From assembly GCA_035623825.1 (NCBI GenBank), contig DASPSR010000019.1, forward strand, positions 1 through 64,000: a DNA stretch of 64,000 nucleotides, in the 5' to 3' direction. Within the stretch, counting starts at the first letter, position 1; each line of letters starts with the position of its first letter. A program made the translations under genes and the position numbers. The notes under the pieces were generated by a model. The model saw only the letters and a program-made list of their open reading frames with translations. It was not told the DNA's origin and did no database searches. Of this stretch, positions 1 through 10,030 are shown piece by piece. Origin of the DNA: Nitrospirota bacterium (lineage in GTDB: Bacteria > Nitrospirota > UBA9217).

Positions 1-1
1 G

Positions 2-184
2 GGCGGGACCGTTGAGCCCACGCTCTTTGTCAGAGCTGCGGTGGTGATAGGGATCGTGGTCGGGATCGCCTGCGCCGCTGCGGTGAGCATCGTGGTCGGC
101 GGCCTCCTGGGCACTCTGATGGGCTCCATCGTGTCTGCCCCCGCGGCGCTCCGCGAGAAACGGGCTGCCGCGGAGAAGGCGTAA
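2..184 (+). CDS. 3' end of a hydrophobic membrane protein (partial, begins before the window)
   Basis: Frame 2 reads GGTVEPTLFVRAAVVIGIVVGIACAAAVSIVVGGLLGTLMGSIVSAPAALREKRAAAEKA* with stop TAA at 182-184. It is followed by a terminator-like hairpin. It is absent from the ORF track because the start lies outside the window. Confidence 0.7.
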   Translation, partial: GGTVEPTLFVRAAVVIGIVVGIACAAAVSIVVGGLLGTLMGSIVSAPAALREKRAAAEKA

Positions 185-245
185 GGCAGAAGACAACCCA
201 GGCAACGATACTCATGACCATCTGCCGTAGGCCACGGGCCATGAA

Positions 246-283
246 AAAAAAGGCGGGGAGAAATCTCCGCCTTTCGTTTTTCT
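246..283 (+). terminator. Intrinsic terminator-like hairpin, possibly bidirectional
   Basis: AAAGGCGG(GG)AG-AAAT-CTCCGCCTTT, with an A-run before and a T-rich tail after. Confidence 0.6.
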
Positions 284-384
284 GATCATTCGGCAATACA
301 TAACATGTTGATATTTCGTAATTTAAGCATATTCATTCTGGGGCCTGATAACTTTTGTATTATGAATTTCAATCATAAAAACGC

Positions 385-413
385 TTGACAAATCTTATGA
401 AATTGTTTATATT
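385..413 (+). promoter_or_regulatory. sigma70-type promoter of rplM-rpsI
   Basis: TTGACA (385-390), 17 bp spacer, TATATT (408-413), 42 bp upstream of the rplM ATG. Confidence 0.75.
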
Positions 414-455
414 CGCTTTTCTTGGAAAATATATCAATACAACAAGGCGGGAGTT

Positions 456-887
456 ATGGCAACATATTCGGCTAAAAAAGAAGATATCGTAAGAAAGTGG
501 TTTATTGTAGACGCCAACGGAAAAACGCTGGGAAGGCTTGCGACAGCCGTTGCATCCACGCTAAAAGGCAAGACGAAACCCATCTACACAGCCCATGTGG
601 ACACAGGCGATTTTGTGATTGTCGTGAACGCTAACAAGATTCACCTGACCGGGAAGAAGCTCGAACAAAAAACATACTATAGCCACTCGGGATATCCTGG
701 AGGGTTCAAATCCATCACTGCCGGCAAGATGATGAGGACTAAACCTGAGGAAGTGATCAAGATGGCGGTGCAGGGTATGCTGCCGAAGACCAGACTTGGC
801 AAACAGATGTTGAGCAAGCTCAAGGTTTATGCTGGGGAAACGCACCCGCATAGCGCACAGCAGCCGGTGGAAATGAAGGTCAAGTAA
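456..887 (+). CDS. rplM: 50S ribosomal protein L13
   Basis: [40 protein letters not shown] and HPHSAQQP motifs; 143 aa. Confidence 0.99.
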   Translation: MATYSAKKEDIVRKWFIVDANGKTLGRLATAVASTLKGKTKPIYTAHVDTGDFVIVVNANKIHLTGKKLEQKTYYSHSGYPGGFKSITAGKMMRTKPEEVIKMAVQGMLPKTRLGKQMLSKLKVYAGETHPHSAQQPVEMKVK

Positions 888-926
888 GGGCAAGGAATAA
901 CATTTGGGATTTGTGAGGAGGCTTTA

Positions 927-1328
927 ATGTCAGCGGCTACAGTATCGAGATACTATGCAACGGGGAAAAGGAAAAATTCCATCGCCAGGGTCTGGATGAT
1001 GCCTGGAAGCGGCAAGATAACAATCAATGACAGACCCATGGACCAGTATTTCGGCCGGGATGTGCTTAAGATGATTATCCGTCAGCCATTCGAGGTTACC
1101 GGAACTCAGGACAAGTTCGATGTGCTCGTGAACGTGCTTGGCGGTGGAAATTCAGGCCAAGCCGGAGCTATCAGGCATGGCATATCCAAGGCGCTCCTCG
1201 CGGTAGATGCCGAGTCACGCGGCAAGCTGCGCAAGGAAGGCCTCCTGACCCGCGACCCGAGGGCAAAAGAACGTAAGAAGTATGGTCAAAAGGGCGCACG
1301 GGCTCGGTTCCAGTTCTCAAAGAGATAA
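927..1328 (+). CDS. rpsI: 30S ribosomal protein S9
   Basis: [21 protein letters not shown] and [19 protein letters not shown]; GAGGAGG RBS. Confidence 0.99.
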   Translation: MSAATVSRYYATGKRKNSIARVWMMPGSGKITINDRPMDQYFGRDVLKMIIRQPFEVTGTQDKFDVLVNVLGGGNSGQAGAIRHGISKALLAVDAESRGKLRKEGLLTRDPRAKERKKYGQKGARARFQFSKR

Positions 1329-1381
1329 GGGATCATATACCTAATTCTGTGTAATATTGTGTTGCAGATCCTGTTAAGAAG

Positions 1382-1414
1382 AAGGGAAGGTAGAGATGCC
1401 TTCCCTTTTATTTT
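1382..1414 (+). terminator. Intrinsic terminator after rpsI
   Basis: AAGGGAAGG-loop-CCTTCCCTT followed by TTATTTT. Confidence 0.7.
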
Positions 1415-1455
1415 GGTCAAAGCACTCTGTATGGAGCACAAGAGCTGGTCTTATC

Positions 1456-2508
1456 ATGGGCAATGGAAAACTAAACATAGCCATCGTCGGATCGAGCGGA
1501 TACACGGGCGGAGAGCTCATGCGGATTCTCCTCAACCATCCCAACGCGTCGGTTACGGCAATTACGTCGGAAAAATCTGCGGGACAGGCCATTACATCAA
1601 TTTTCCCTCATCTTGCGGGGCTGACAGCGCTTGTCTGTGAGCCGCTTGACCCTGAAACGATCTCAAAAAAAGCGGACTTCGTGTTCCTTGCGCTGCCGCA
1701 TGTGACGGCTCAGGAGGCAGCATTTCGTTTTCACAAGCTTGGGAAGAGAATCGTAGACCTTTCAGCTGACTACCGTCTCTCTGACCCTGCTCTGTATGAG
1801 AAGTGGTACGAACATCGCCATCAGTATCCGGAACTGCTCAAGACCGCCGTATATGGTCTGCCGGAACTGCACCGCGAGAAGATAAAAAAGGCATCGCTAG
1901 TCGCGAACCCGGGATGCTATCCCACTGGCGCGATCCTAGGCCTGGCGCCGCTACTAAAAAGAGGCATGATCGACCTGCAAAGCATAGTCATAGATTCCAA
2001 GTCTGGCGTTTCGGGTGCAGGCCGGAGTCCCTCGCTCGCACACCATTACCCCGAAGTGAATGAGGGGTGTATGGCCTATAAGGTCGGGTCGCATCGACAT
2101 ATACCCGAGATTGAACAGGAGCTTTCAATCATGGCGGAAACACAACTTACCGTTTCATTCACACCACACCTTGTTCCGATGAATCGCGGCATACTGACTA
2201 CGATCTACGCCAAGGTGGCAATGCAGACGGATTCGGGCATGCTGCATGATCTATACCGTGAATTTTACAGGAATGAGCCGTTTGTGCGGATACTTCCTGC
2301 AGGACATTTTCCGAACGTGCGGAATGTCCGTGGTTCCAATTTCTGCGACATGGGGATCATTGCGGACGCTCGTACCGGACGCCTGGTTGTGGTAACGGCG
2401 ATTGATAACCTTGTCAAGGGAGCTTCTGGCCAGGCTGTCCAGAACATGAACCTCATGATGGGATTTGAAGAGACCTCGGGTCTTGAGTTTGCGGGATTGT
2501 TCCCATGA
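1456..2508 (+). CDS. argC: N-acetyl-gamma-glutamyl-phosphate reductase
   Basis: GSSGYTG Rossmann motif, DLSADYR, catalytic ANPGCY, SGVSGAG and [11 protein letters not shown]. Start placed at ATG 1456 ([10 protein letters not shown]). Confidence 0.97.
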   Translation: MGNGKLNIAIVGSSGYTGGELMRILLNHPNASVTAITSEKSAGQAITSIFPHLAGLTALVCEPLDPETISKKADFVFLALPHVTAQEAAFRFHKLGKRIVDLSADYRLSDPALYEKWYEHRHQYPELLKTAVYGLPELHREKIKKASLVANPGCYPTGAILGLAPLLKRGMIDLQSIVIDSKSGVSGAGRSPSLAHHYPEVNEGCMAYKVGSHRHIPEIEQELSIMAETQLTVSFTPHLVPMNRGILTTIYAKVAMQTDSGMLHDLYREFYRNEPFVRILPAGHFPNVRNVRGSNFCDMGIIADARTGRLVVVTAIDNLVKGASGQAVQNMNLMMGFEETSGLEFAGLFP

Positions 2509-2550
2509 TAGAAATGAATTTATATTACACCTGACAGAGGTAGACAAAAT

Positions 2551-3756
2551 ATGAGGATTTTGGACACAAAAAGTTTTTCCGTGCCCGGTTTCAAGGCATG
2601 GGGCATTCACAGTGGCATCAAGAAGAACGAAAAAAAAGATCTGGCCATCATCTATTCGGACCGCGAAGCGGCGGTTGCCGGTGTTTTTACGAAGAATCGG
2701 GTGAAGGCGGCGTGCGTTATCCTGAACACGGCGAAGGTTAAGTCCGGAAAGGGTCGGGTCATCATAGCGAATAGCGGTTGTGCTAACGCCTGTACCGGGA
2801 AGCAAGGACTTGCCGATGCGCGCGCCACTGCTGAGATTGCAGCCGGAGAACTTGGCGTAAAGCCAGACGCTGTGTATATAGCATCGACAGGCGTGATCGG
2901 TGAGCTTCTGCCCATGCCGAAGATGGCGACTGGAATTGCGACAGCGGTCGGACTATTATCGACATCGGGTTGGGAGCAGGCGGCCGAGGCCATAATGACC
3001 ACCGATATCTACCCCAAGCGCTCGATTGTCCAGGAGGAAATCGGCGGCAAGACCGTTACGGTTGCCGGCATCGCCAAGGGGTCGGGCATGATACACCCGA
3101 ACCTTGCGACCATGCTTTGTTTCATTGTGACCGATGCGGTCGTCTCCGCATCCATGCTAAAGAAAGCTCTGTTCGCTTCCACGGAGCGGTCTTTCAACAA
3201 TATTACCGTCGACGGCGAAACAAGCACGAACGATATGATTCTCTGTATGGCGAACGGGGCAGCCGGGAACAAGAGACTTGCTGCCGCCAGCAGGGACCTG
3301 AAGAAGTTTCAGGCATGTCTGGACGCCGTGGCACTCTCACTCGCCAAGCAGATTGTACGCGACGGCGAGGGCGCTACAAAATTTATTGAGCTCGAAGTGC
3401 GCGGCGCGAGGAATCCGATCGAGGCAAAACGCGCCGCCATGGCTGTAGCCAAATCCAGTCTGGTAAAGACCGCATTCTTCGGCGAAGATGCCAATTGGGG
3501 GAGGATTATGGCATCGCTGGGCAATTCTGGCGTTGAGATGGATGAGGCCAGGACGGATATCTACATCGGCAAGGCCAAGATCGTTGAGAAAGGCCTAGCT
3601 CAGGGGAAGGCGGCAGACCGAGAAGCGGCTATTGCTCTCAAGCAGCGAGAGATTCAGATCATCATTGATTTGCATAAGGGAAAGGCCTCTGCCACCATCT
3701 GGACATGTGATATGTCGTATGAGTATGTTAAGATCAATGCCGCATACCGGAGCTGA
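2551..3756 (+). CDS. argJ: Ornithine acetyltransferase / N-acetylglutamate synthase ArgJ
   Basis: NSGCANACTG, KGSGMIHPNLATML (autocleavage site), DGETSTND, RDGEGATK and DANWGRI. Confidence 0.97.
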   Translation: MRILDTKSFSVPGFKAWGIHSGIKKNEKKDLAIIYSDREAAVAGVFTKNRVKAACVILNTAKVKSGKGRVIIANSGCANACTGKQGLADARATAEIAAGELGVKPDAVYIASTGVIGELLPMPKMATGIATAVGLLSTSGWEQAAEAIMTTDIYPKRSIVQEEIGGKTVTVAGIAKGSGMIHPNLATMLCFIVTDAVVSASMLKKALFASTERSFNNITVDGETSTNDMILCMANGAAGNKRLAAASRDLKKFQACLDAVALSLAKQIVRDGEGATKFIELEVRGARNPIEAKRAAMAVAKSSLVKTAFFGEDANWGRIMASLGNSGVEMDEARTDIYIGKAKIVEKGLAQGKAADREAAIALKQREIQIIIDLHKGKASATIWTCDMSYEYVKINAAYRS

Positions 3757-3830
3757 CAGAACCGGTGTGGCCCTGCACATCTAATCGCTGGTTTTCTAGA
3801 AAATACTTGAAAATTTAGCATAAATTTTTC

Positions 3831-3859
3831 TTGACATTCAGTGGCGGAGTTGTTAATTT
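3831..3859 (+). promoter_or_regulatory. sigma70-type promoter of the rpsU locus
   Basis: TTGACA (3831-3836), 17 bp spacer, TG-extended TAATTT (3854-3859). Confidence 0.6.
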
Positions 3860-3995
3860 TAATGATTATGCCGTCATCGCCATTGAGGAACGGACCGATA
3901 TTTTTTGGGTTAACTTTATTTCATTTCCCATCAGAAAATTTCAAGAAAATAATTTATATTACAATTAGATGCAATAGGAGGGGGGTGTAGCAAAG

Positions 3996-4196
3996 GTGCC
4001 AAGTATCAGATTGCGAGAGAATGAGCCTTTTGAGGCCGCACTCCGGAGATTTAAGAAGAGCATCGAAAAAGAAGGCGTGCTTTCAGAGGTGAAGAAAAGG
4101 GAGCACTACGAAAAGCCGAGCGTTAAGCGAAAGAAAAAATCACTGGCTGCAAGGAAGAAGGCTGCCAAAACAGCGCGTATCTTTAGACAGGGCTAG
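3996..4196 (+). CDS. rpsU: 30S ribosomal protein S21
   Basis: [14 protein letters not shown] and [14 protein letters not shown]; GTG start; first gene of the dnaG-rpoD locus. Confidence 0.98.
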   Translation: MPSIRLRENEPFEAALRRFKKSIEKEGVLSEVKKREHYEKPSVKRKKKSLAARKKAAKTARIFRQG

Positions 4197-4272
4197 CCGT
4201 GACTTATAGGGGTTTAACGGCAGCCCCCGTGATCGTCATTTAAGACAAGCAGATGTCGTGGAAGAGGGCATT

Positions 4273-4716
4273 ATGGAATTACGAGAGAAGATCGAAGATG
4301 ATACAAGACAGGCCCTTAAATCCGGAGCAAAAGACAAAGTTTCCACGCTTCGGATGCTGAACGCAGCCCTCAAAAACAAACAGATTGATAAGCGGCGGTC
4401 TCTCACCACAGAAGAGGTGATAGAGACCGTGCGTTCACTTATTAAACAAAGGAAAGACTCGATTGAGCAGTTTACCAAGGGTGGACGGCAAGACCTTGTA
4501 GACAAGGAAACTGCCGAGGTCGCGATTCTTGAAGCATATTTACCAAAACAATTGGCCGGTGAAGAACTTGAGGCCATGATTCGCGACGCCATCGCCCAGA
4601 CAGGTGCCCAGAGTGCCCGGGATATGGGCAAAGTCATGAAAGCCCTCATCCCCATGGTAGGTGGGCGTGCTGACGGGAAGCTTGTAAGTGAGCTTGTAAA
4701 AAATGCGCTGGGGTAA
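4273..4716 (+). CDS. GatB/YqeY domain protein
   Basis: IKQRKDSIEQF..GGRQDL, YLPKQL, DMGKVM and GRADGKLVS; canonical position after rpsU. Confidence 0.93.
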   Translation: MELREKIEDDTRQALKSGAKDKVSTLRMLNAALKNKQIDKRRSLTTEEVIETVRSLIKQRKDSIEQFTKGGRQDLVDKETAEVAILEAYLPKQLAGEELEAMIRDAIAQTGAQSARDMGKVMKALIPMVGGRADGKLVSELVKNALG

Positions 4717-4762
4717 CGGCCTGTTTCAGACACCACATCAATTTATTAACTACAGGGCTGAA

Positions 4763-4800
4763 CAGGGGGCCATGAAGAACAAGGCCCCCTGATTTTTTTT
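4763..4800 (+). terminator. Operon-internal intrinsic terminator
   Basis: CAGGGGGCC-11 nt loop-GGCCCCCTG-A-T8, directly before the AGGAG of the next gene. Confidence 0.7.
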
Positions 4801-4804
4801 AGGA

Positions 4805-5773
4805 GTGCGTACCTTGAAACTTCAGGAATTCTATGAACTGGCCATTCAATCCGGTATAGACGCTGATCCCCGGGGAAGGGCGAAGGTAGAACAAGAATTA
4901 AGGGAAGCGCGCAAAGAGTACGAAGAGCTCAAGTCCGAAGCAAAAGAAACCTTCGATCCCGAGAAGCTCAGAAATCCCTATGCCGACAGCAGAATCCTGC
5001 ACGGAAGTCCAGACAGGGAAGTGAAAAAAATTCTCGTCGGAATAGACATGGAGGCGCCTGAAATTCTGCTTGCCGATCGGCTGAATCAGAAGGGTGCCGG
5101 CATCGACGCTGTGCTTGCGCACCATCCCGAAGGCCGGGCGTATGCAAACTTTTATGAAGTGATGAAGATGCAGGCCGACATTCTGAATCGGTTCGGGGTG
5201 CCGATCAATGTCGCCGAGAACCAACTGAGTGGCAGGATGAAGGAAGTGGAGCGAAGCCTGTTGCCCGTGAACCACGCGCGGCCGGTTGATGCAGCGCGCC
5301 TTCTTGACATCCCCTATCTCTGTCTCCACACGCCAGCGGATAACATGGTGTCAAGCTATCTGCAGGCAAGGCTCGACCGAGAGTCGCCCACTAGGCTCAA
5401 AGACGTTGTCACGCTTCTGAAAGAAATCCCCGAGTACCGCGAAGCGCTTAAGAACAACGCTGGCCCGAGGATCCTGATCGGCTCCGACGATCAGCGCACA
5501 GGAAAGATATTTGTGGATATGACCGGGGGCACTTCAGGCGCGAAAGACACGATCGAGAAGCTCTCCCAGTCCGGGGTCGGAACTATCGTGGGCATGCACA
5601 TGTCCGAAGACCATCGGAAAGAGGCGGAGAAGCACAATCTCCATGTAGTGATAGCAGGACACATATCGAGCGATACGCTCGGCTTAAATCTGCTCCTGGA
5701 TGCTATCGAACAGCGAGCGCCTCTACAGGCGCTCGAATGCTCAGGATTCAGGCGGATCAAACGGCCGGTCTGA
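4805..5773 (+). CDS. NIF3-like (NGG1p interacting factor 3) dinuclear metal-binding protein
   Basis: GID, AHHPEG, HTPADN and AGHISSD metal-ligand motifs of the NIF3 fold. The start could instead be TTG 4814. Confidence 0.8.
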   Translation: MRTLKLQEFYELAIQSGIDADPRGRAKVEQELREARKEYEELKSEAKETFDPEKLRNPYADSRILHGSPDREVKKILVGIDMEAPEILLADRLNQKGAGIDAVLAHHPEGRAYANFYEVMKMQADILNRFGVPINVAENQLSGRMKEVERSLLPVNHARPVDAARLLDIPYLCLHTPADNMVSSYLQARLDRESPTRLKDVVTLLKEIPEYREALKNNAGPRILIGSDDQRTGKIFVDMTGGTSGAKDTIEKLSQSGVGTIVGMHMSEDHRKEAEKHNLHVVIAGHISSDTLGLNLLLDAIEQRAPLQALECSGFRRIKRPV

Positions 5774-5779
5774 TGCTGT

Positions 5780-8164
5780 ATGAACGAACATGCCCTGAGG
5801 GTCTTGGAATATGACAAGATAATAAGTATCGTTGCTGCGTATGCCGCATCGGAAGCAGGGAAAGCAGCTGTCATCGAGCTTCATCCGGCCGCAGACATAC
5901 AGGTCGTCAAGACTCGGCTCAGGGAGACCCGTGAGTTTACGCAGATACTGCAGAGCGGTGAAAAGCCGCCGCTCGAGGGTATTCTTGATGTCGGGCAGGC
6001 GACCGGTAAACTGGGAGTGGCTGGCAGCGTTCTCTCCCCTTCCGAGCTTTTGCATATTGCAATCACGCTCGGCGCAGGCAGACGGGTCAAGGGCTTTTTT
6101 CAAAAATTTGAAGGGAAGGGCAAGGGAGCGCCAGCATCGCAACTTCTGTGCGCCAAGGCGGCTGCCATACATTCTCTCAGGCGGATAGAAGATATTGTCT
6201 TTGATGCGATCGATGACAAGGCCGAGGTCAAGGATTCAGCCAGTCCTGAGCTCCGAAAGATCCGAAGACAGGTCATTCGCATGCGGGAAGACATCCTTGC
6301 CCGGATGTCCGGCATGCTTCAAGACAGCGGTTTTCAGAAGGTCATCCAGGAACCGGTAATCACGGTCCGCGACGACCGGTATGTGCTGCCGCTCAAGCCC
6401 AACTTCCGGCAGAGCCTCCGGGGCGTGGTGCACGGACAGTCGGGCTCCAAGGCTACGCTCTATGTTGAGCCTCTCGATGTGCTGGAACAGAACAACCGGC
6501 TTGCCGAGCTCCGCATGGAAGAACACGAGGAAGTTGAGCGCATCCTGCGCGATCTGACGTCGCTCATGGCCCAAGTAGTTGATCGGATCGAATCAACGAT
6601 CCATGCACTCGCCGAGATCGACGCCGTATATGCCAGGGCTCGGTTCGGAATGGATTTTGATGGCGCTGTCCCCGAAATTTCAGCAGAGGGGGACATCGAC
6701 CTCCGGGCAGCCAGGCATCCATTGCTTGTAGGGAAGAACAAGGTCGGTGCCCCTCATGTAGACATTACAGCGAACGACATCGTACTTGGCGGCGAGCAAC
6801 GAGCATTGATCCTGAGCGGCCCGAATGCAGGCGGTAAGACTGTCATTCTCAAGACGGTGGGACTCCTCTGTCTCATGGCCCAGTCAGGTTTGCCGGTGAC
6901 TGCCGCCGAAGGGAGCAAACTCCCGTATTTCGAATCGGTGTTTGCCGACATTGGCGATGAACAGAGCCTGGAGCAGGATCTGAGCACATTCTCGTCTCAC
7001 GTGAGAAAGATCGCAGAGATCCTTCAGCAGGCGTCCAAGGATTCTTTGGTCCTACTGGACGAACTCGGATCAGGCACGGACCCTGGCGAAGGTGCTGGCC
7101 TAGGCGCGGCGGTACTCGAAAGCCTAATCGAGCGCGGGTGCACAACTGTGGTGACTACGCACCATAACGCACTCAAGCTCTTTGGCTCCCAGACGAGCGG
7201 CGCATTGAATGCCGCCATGGAATTCGACCCGAAAACGCTCAAACCCACCTACCGGTTCATCCCGGGCAGGCCAGGCAGAAGCTATGGGCTAGACATGGCT
7301 TCACGGCTCGGTGTCCCGGACGCGGTGATCAGTAAAGCGCGGGTCCGGCTGGGACAGGATGATGCCCGACTCGAAGAACTTTTGGCGCAGGTAGAGAACG
7401 AGTCCCGGCTGCTGACATCGGAGCGACAGGCACTCGAAAAAGAAATCGCAGCGGTGCGGAAGGAGCGGGCCGAGTTGATAGCGGCGCTCCAGACCGCGCG
7501 GGATGAGGTGAAAAGCGCAAAATTAAAGGCCAAGACCGAAGCGAAAGAGATTCTGACGTTGCTCCGGAAGAAACTTCGCGAACTTTCCCGCGTCGTAACG
7601 TTTGAGCAGGTAGACGCGAGAAAAGCAAGCTCGGAAATCGAGGCGCTCAGCAGGAGGCTTGAGCCTGACGCTGCCAAGGAGCAGCAGGCCGACGCTGTGC
7701 CTGCCGGTGATATACATATAGGCGACACAGTACGGATAGCGAGGCTTAACAAAACTGGTACGGTGATTGCCTCTGACCGAGGGATGCTCGAGCTCGAGGC
7801 CGGTGGAAAAAAGATCAGACTCTCTGCGGCAGAGGTTGTACCGACCGAAACTGAGCCGCGCCCACGCATAGCGGTTTCAATTCCAGGATGGGGCACTGAC
7901 CTCAACGAGGAAGAAAACACGTCGGACCGGCTAAACATCATCGGTCTTCGTGTGGACGAAGGTCTAGCCGAGGTCGACCGGTTTATCGACAAGGCGGGGG
8001 TCAATCACCTCTCGTTCGTGACCATCATTCATGGGTTGGGGACCGGGGCGCTCAAAGCCGCGGTGGCGGCCTTTTTGAAAAAAAATCCGCTGATCGCGTC
8101 CATTCGACCCGGTGAAGCTGCCGAGGGCGGCGCAGGGGTAACAGTGGCGGAGTTGAAAAAATAA
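5780..8164 (+). CDS. mutS2: MutS2 family ATPase with KOW and C-terminal Smr domains
   Basis: GVVHGQSGSKATLYVEP, Walker A GPNAGGKT, LSTFSSH, Walker B LLDELGSGTDP, TTH, then a coiled coil, a KOW domain and Smr IIHGLGTG...GGAGVT. No mismatch-binding domain. Confidence 0.95.
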   Translation: MNEHALRVLEYDKIISIVAAYAASEAGKAAVIELHPAADIQVVKTRLRETREFTQILQSGEKPPLEGILDVGQATGKLGVAGSVLSPSELLHIAITLGAGRRVKGFFQKFEGKGKGAPASQLLCAKAAAIHSLRRIEDIVFDAIDDKAEVKDSASPELRKIRRQVIRMREDILARMSGMLQDSGFQKVIQEPVITVRDDRYVLPLKPNFRQSLRGVVHGQSGSKATLYVEPLDVLEQNNRLAELRMEEHEEVERILRDLTSLMAQVVDRIESTIHALAEIDAVYARARFGMDFDGAVPEISAEGDIDLRAARHPLLVGKNKVGAPHVDITANDIVLGGEQRALILSGPNAGGKTVILKTVGLLCLMAQSGLPVTAAEGSKLPYFESVFADIGDEQSLEQDLSTFSSHVRKIAEILQQASKDSLVLLDELGSGTDPGEGAGLGAAVLESLIERGCTTVVTTHHNALKLFGSQTSGALNAAMEFDPKTLKPTYRFIPGRPGRSYGLDMASRLGVPDAVISKARVRLGQDDARLEELLAQVENESRLLTSERQALEKEIAAVRKERAELIAALQTARDEVKSAKLKAKTEAKEILTLLRKKLRELSRVVTFEQVDARKASSEIEALSRRLEPDAAKEQQADAVPAGDIHIGDTVRIARLNKTGTVIASDRGMLELEAGGKKIRLSAAEVVPTETEPRPRIAVSIPGWGTDLNEEENTSDRLNIIGLRVDEGLAEVDRFIDKAGVNHLSFVTIIHGLGTGALKAAVAAFLKKNPLIASIRPGEAAEGGAGVTVAELKK

Positions 8165-8165
8165 C

Positions 8166-9962
8166 GTGTTCTCAGATGATATCATAAGCCGTGTCAGGGA
8201 CAGCGTTGATATTGTAGATCTGATCTCCGGATATGTGTCCCTGAAGAAGGCAGGCAAGAACCATACGGGGCTCTGTCCCTTTCATTCTGAAAAGACCCCC
8301 TCATTCAGCGTGAACCCGGATAAGCAAATCTTTCACTGCTTTGGGTGCGGAGCCGGCGGCGATGTGTTCAAGTTTATCGAGCTGCAAGAGGGTCTGAACT
8401 TTCCCGAGGCGGTCAGGGTACTTGCAAGCCGCGCCGGAATTCCTTTACCCGCGAACAGCAGATCGCGCAGTCCGGACAAAAAGTCTGAGGACGAGCGAAA
8501 AGATCTCATCGCGATCGTTGCTGACGCCGCAGAATATTTCAGAAATGAGCTCAAAGGGCCCGCGGGAAGCACGGCTCGCGCATACCTCAAGAAGCGGGGT
8601 GTGACCGACGCAATGGTGCAGGATTTTGCCCTCGGTTACGTCAAACCCGAGTGGGACGGCATACTCCGGCACCTCAAGCAGAAGGGATATGCCTTCAACC
8701 AGATGGAGAAGGCAGGACTGATCGTCAAGCGGAACGAGGGAGAGGGATACTATGATCGGTTTCGGGGCAGGATCATCTTTCCTATCCGTGATATCTCCGG
8801 GAACGTGATTGCATTCGGTGGCAGGGTGATGGACGATTCCCTGCCCAAGTACCTAAACTCGTCGGAAACTCCGCTCTACAGCAAGAGCAACACGCTCTAC
8901 TGCCTGGATATGGCAAAGGAGCACGGCCGTAAGCAGGGATATTTTGTCATCGTCGAAGGATACCTCGATGCGATCGCGTGCCACCAGTACGGCGTGAGGA
9001 ACGCAGTCGCGACGCTTGGCACAGCGCTCACCGAGGGACACCTCAGGCTCATGAGGCGATTTGCCGACAAGCTCGTGCTGATCTTTGATCCCGACCCGGC
9101 CGGCGTAAAGGCCTCGCTCCGGGGATTCGATCTCTTTATGACGAGCGGGATGAAGGTGAATGTTGTCTCGCTTCCGGATGGTGACGACCCGGACACATTT
9201 TTGCAGAAGCACGGGCACGATGCGTTCGCCGCACACCTGCGCAATTCAGTCAAGTTCATGGACTTTGTACTCGAGCAAGTGGTAAAAAGAGGGTCGTATA
9301 CCTCGATCGACGATAAGGTGCACAGAGCTGAAGAGATGCTCGGGTTCATTACAAAGATCCCGAGCGGCATCGAACGCGACCATTATCTCAAGAAGACGGC
9401 GGAAGCACTGGACCTGGATGAAACGGTGCTCAGACGGGAAATCCCCAGTCGGCCATGGCGTTCTGCATCCGCGCCCGGCGGGGGAAGGGAATCCGCTCCT
9501 GTCCTTGTACGGGGGCACAGGCCAAAGGCAGAAGAGATTCTGATACACCTCATGCTGAAAGATGAGGGGATAGCTAGGAGCCTGAAACAACAGATTCGGC
9601 CTCAGGACTTTACCGATCCTCTATTCCAGCGTGCGGCGCAGAGGATATTCGAGGCCTTGAATGCAGGTGAGAATTTTGATACGAGGGCGCTTCTCAGAAA
9701 CGATGACGAGGATCTCAACAATCTCATTCTACACTACTCGGTGCTTGAGACCGATTACGACGACCCGCAGAAGCATTGCCGTGACTGCGTCGACGTGATC
9801 AAGCAGAAGGACCCCGAGAAGAAAATGAAGCACCTGTTGAAGGCTATCGATGAAGCGGCTGCAAATGAAGATTGGGTAGAATATCGCAGGCTGCTGGCAG
9901 AGCAAAACATGCTGGGCAAAAGGCCGGACCGGAAGCTGGGAAAGCGGGTCCCAGGTGCATAG
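8166..9962 (+). CDS. dnaG: DNA primase
   Basis: CHC2 zinc finger CPFH...CFGC, YDRFRGRIIFPI, KYLNS, and Toprim VEGYLD and DPD motifs. Confidence 0.98.
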   Translation: MFSDDIISRVRDSVDIVDLISGYVSLKKAGKNHTGLCPFHSEKTPSFSVNPDKQIFHCFGCGAGGDVFKFIELQEGLNFPEAVRVLASRAGIPLPANSRSRSPDKKSEDERKDLIAIVADAAEYFRNELKGPAGSTARAYLKKRGVTDAMVQDFALGYVKPEWDGILRHLKQKGYAFNQMEKAGLIVKRNEGEGYYDRFRGRIIFPIRDISGNVIAFGGRVMDDSLPKYLNSSETPLYSKSNTLYCLDMAKEHGRKQGYFVIVEGYLDAIACHQYGVRNAVATLGTALTEGHLRLMRRFADKLVLIFDPDPAGVKASLRGFDLFMTSGMKVNVVSLPDGDDPDTFLQKHGHDAFAAHLRNSVKFMDFVLEQVVKRGSYTSIDDKVHRAEEMLGFITKIPSGIERDHYLKKTAEALDLDETVLRREIPSRPWRSASAPGGGRESAPVLVRGHRPKAEEILIHLMLKDEGIARSLKQQIRPQDFTDPLFQRAAQRIFEALNAGENFDTRALLRNDDEDLNNLILHYSVLETDYDDPQKHCRDCVDVIKQKDPEKKMKHLLKAIDEAAANEDWVEYRRLLAEQNMLGKRPDRKLGKRVPGA

Positions 9963-10030
9963 CAGATGAATGGTTAAAAATAATCTCGATGGAATAATAC
10001 TGAAGCATCACTTTGAAGGAGCAGACCAGT

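Noticed and set aside
30-296. 88-aa minus-strand ORF from the track
   Set aside because: Arg/Pro/Ser-rich shadow of the plus-strand membrane protein end (2-184), and it runs through a terminator.
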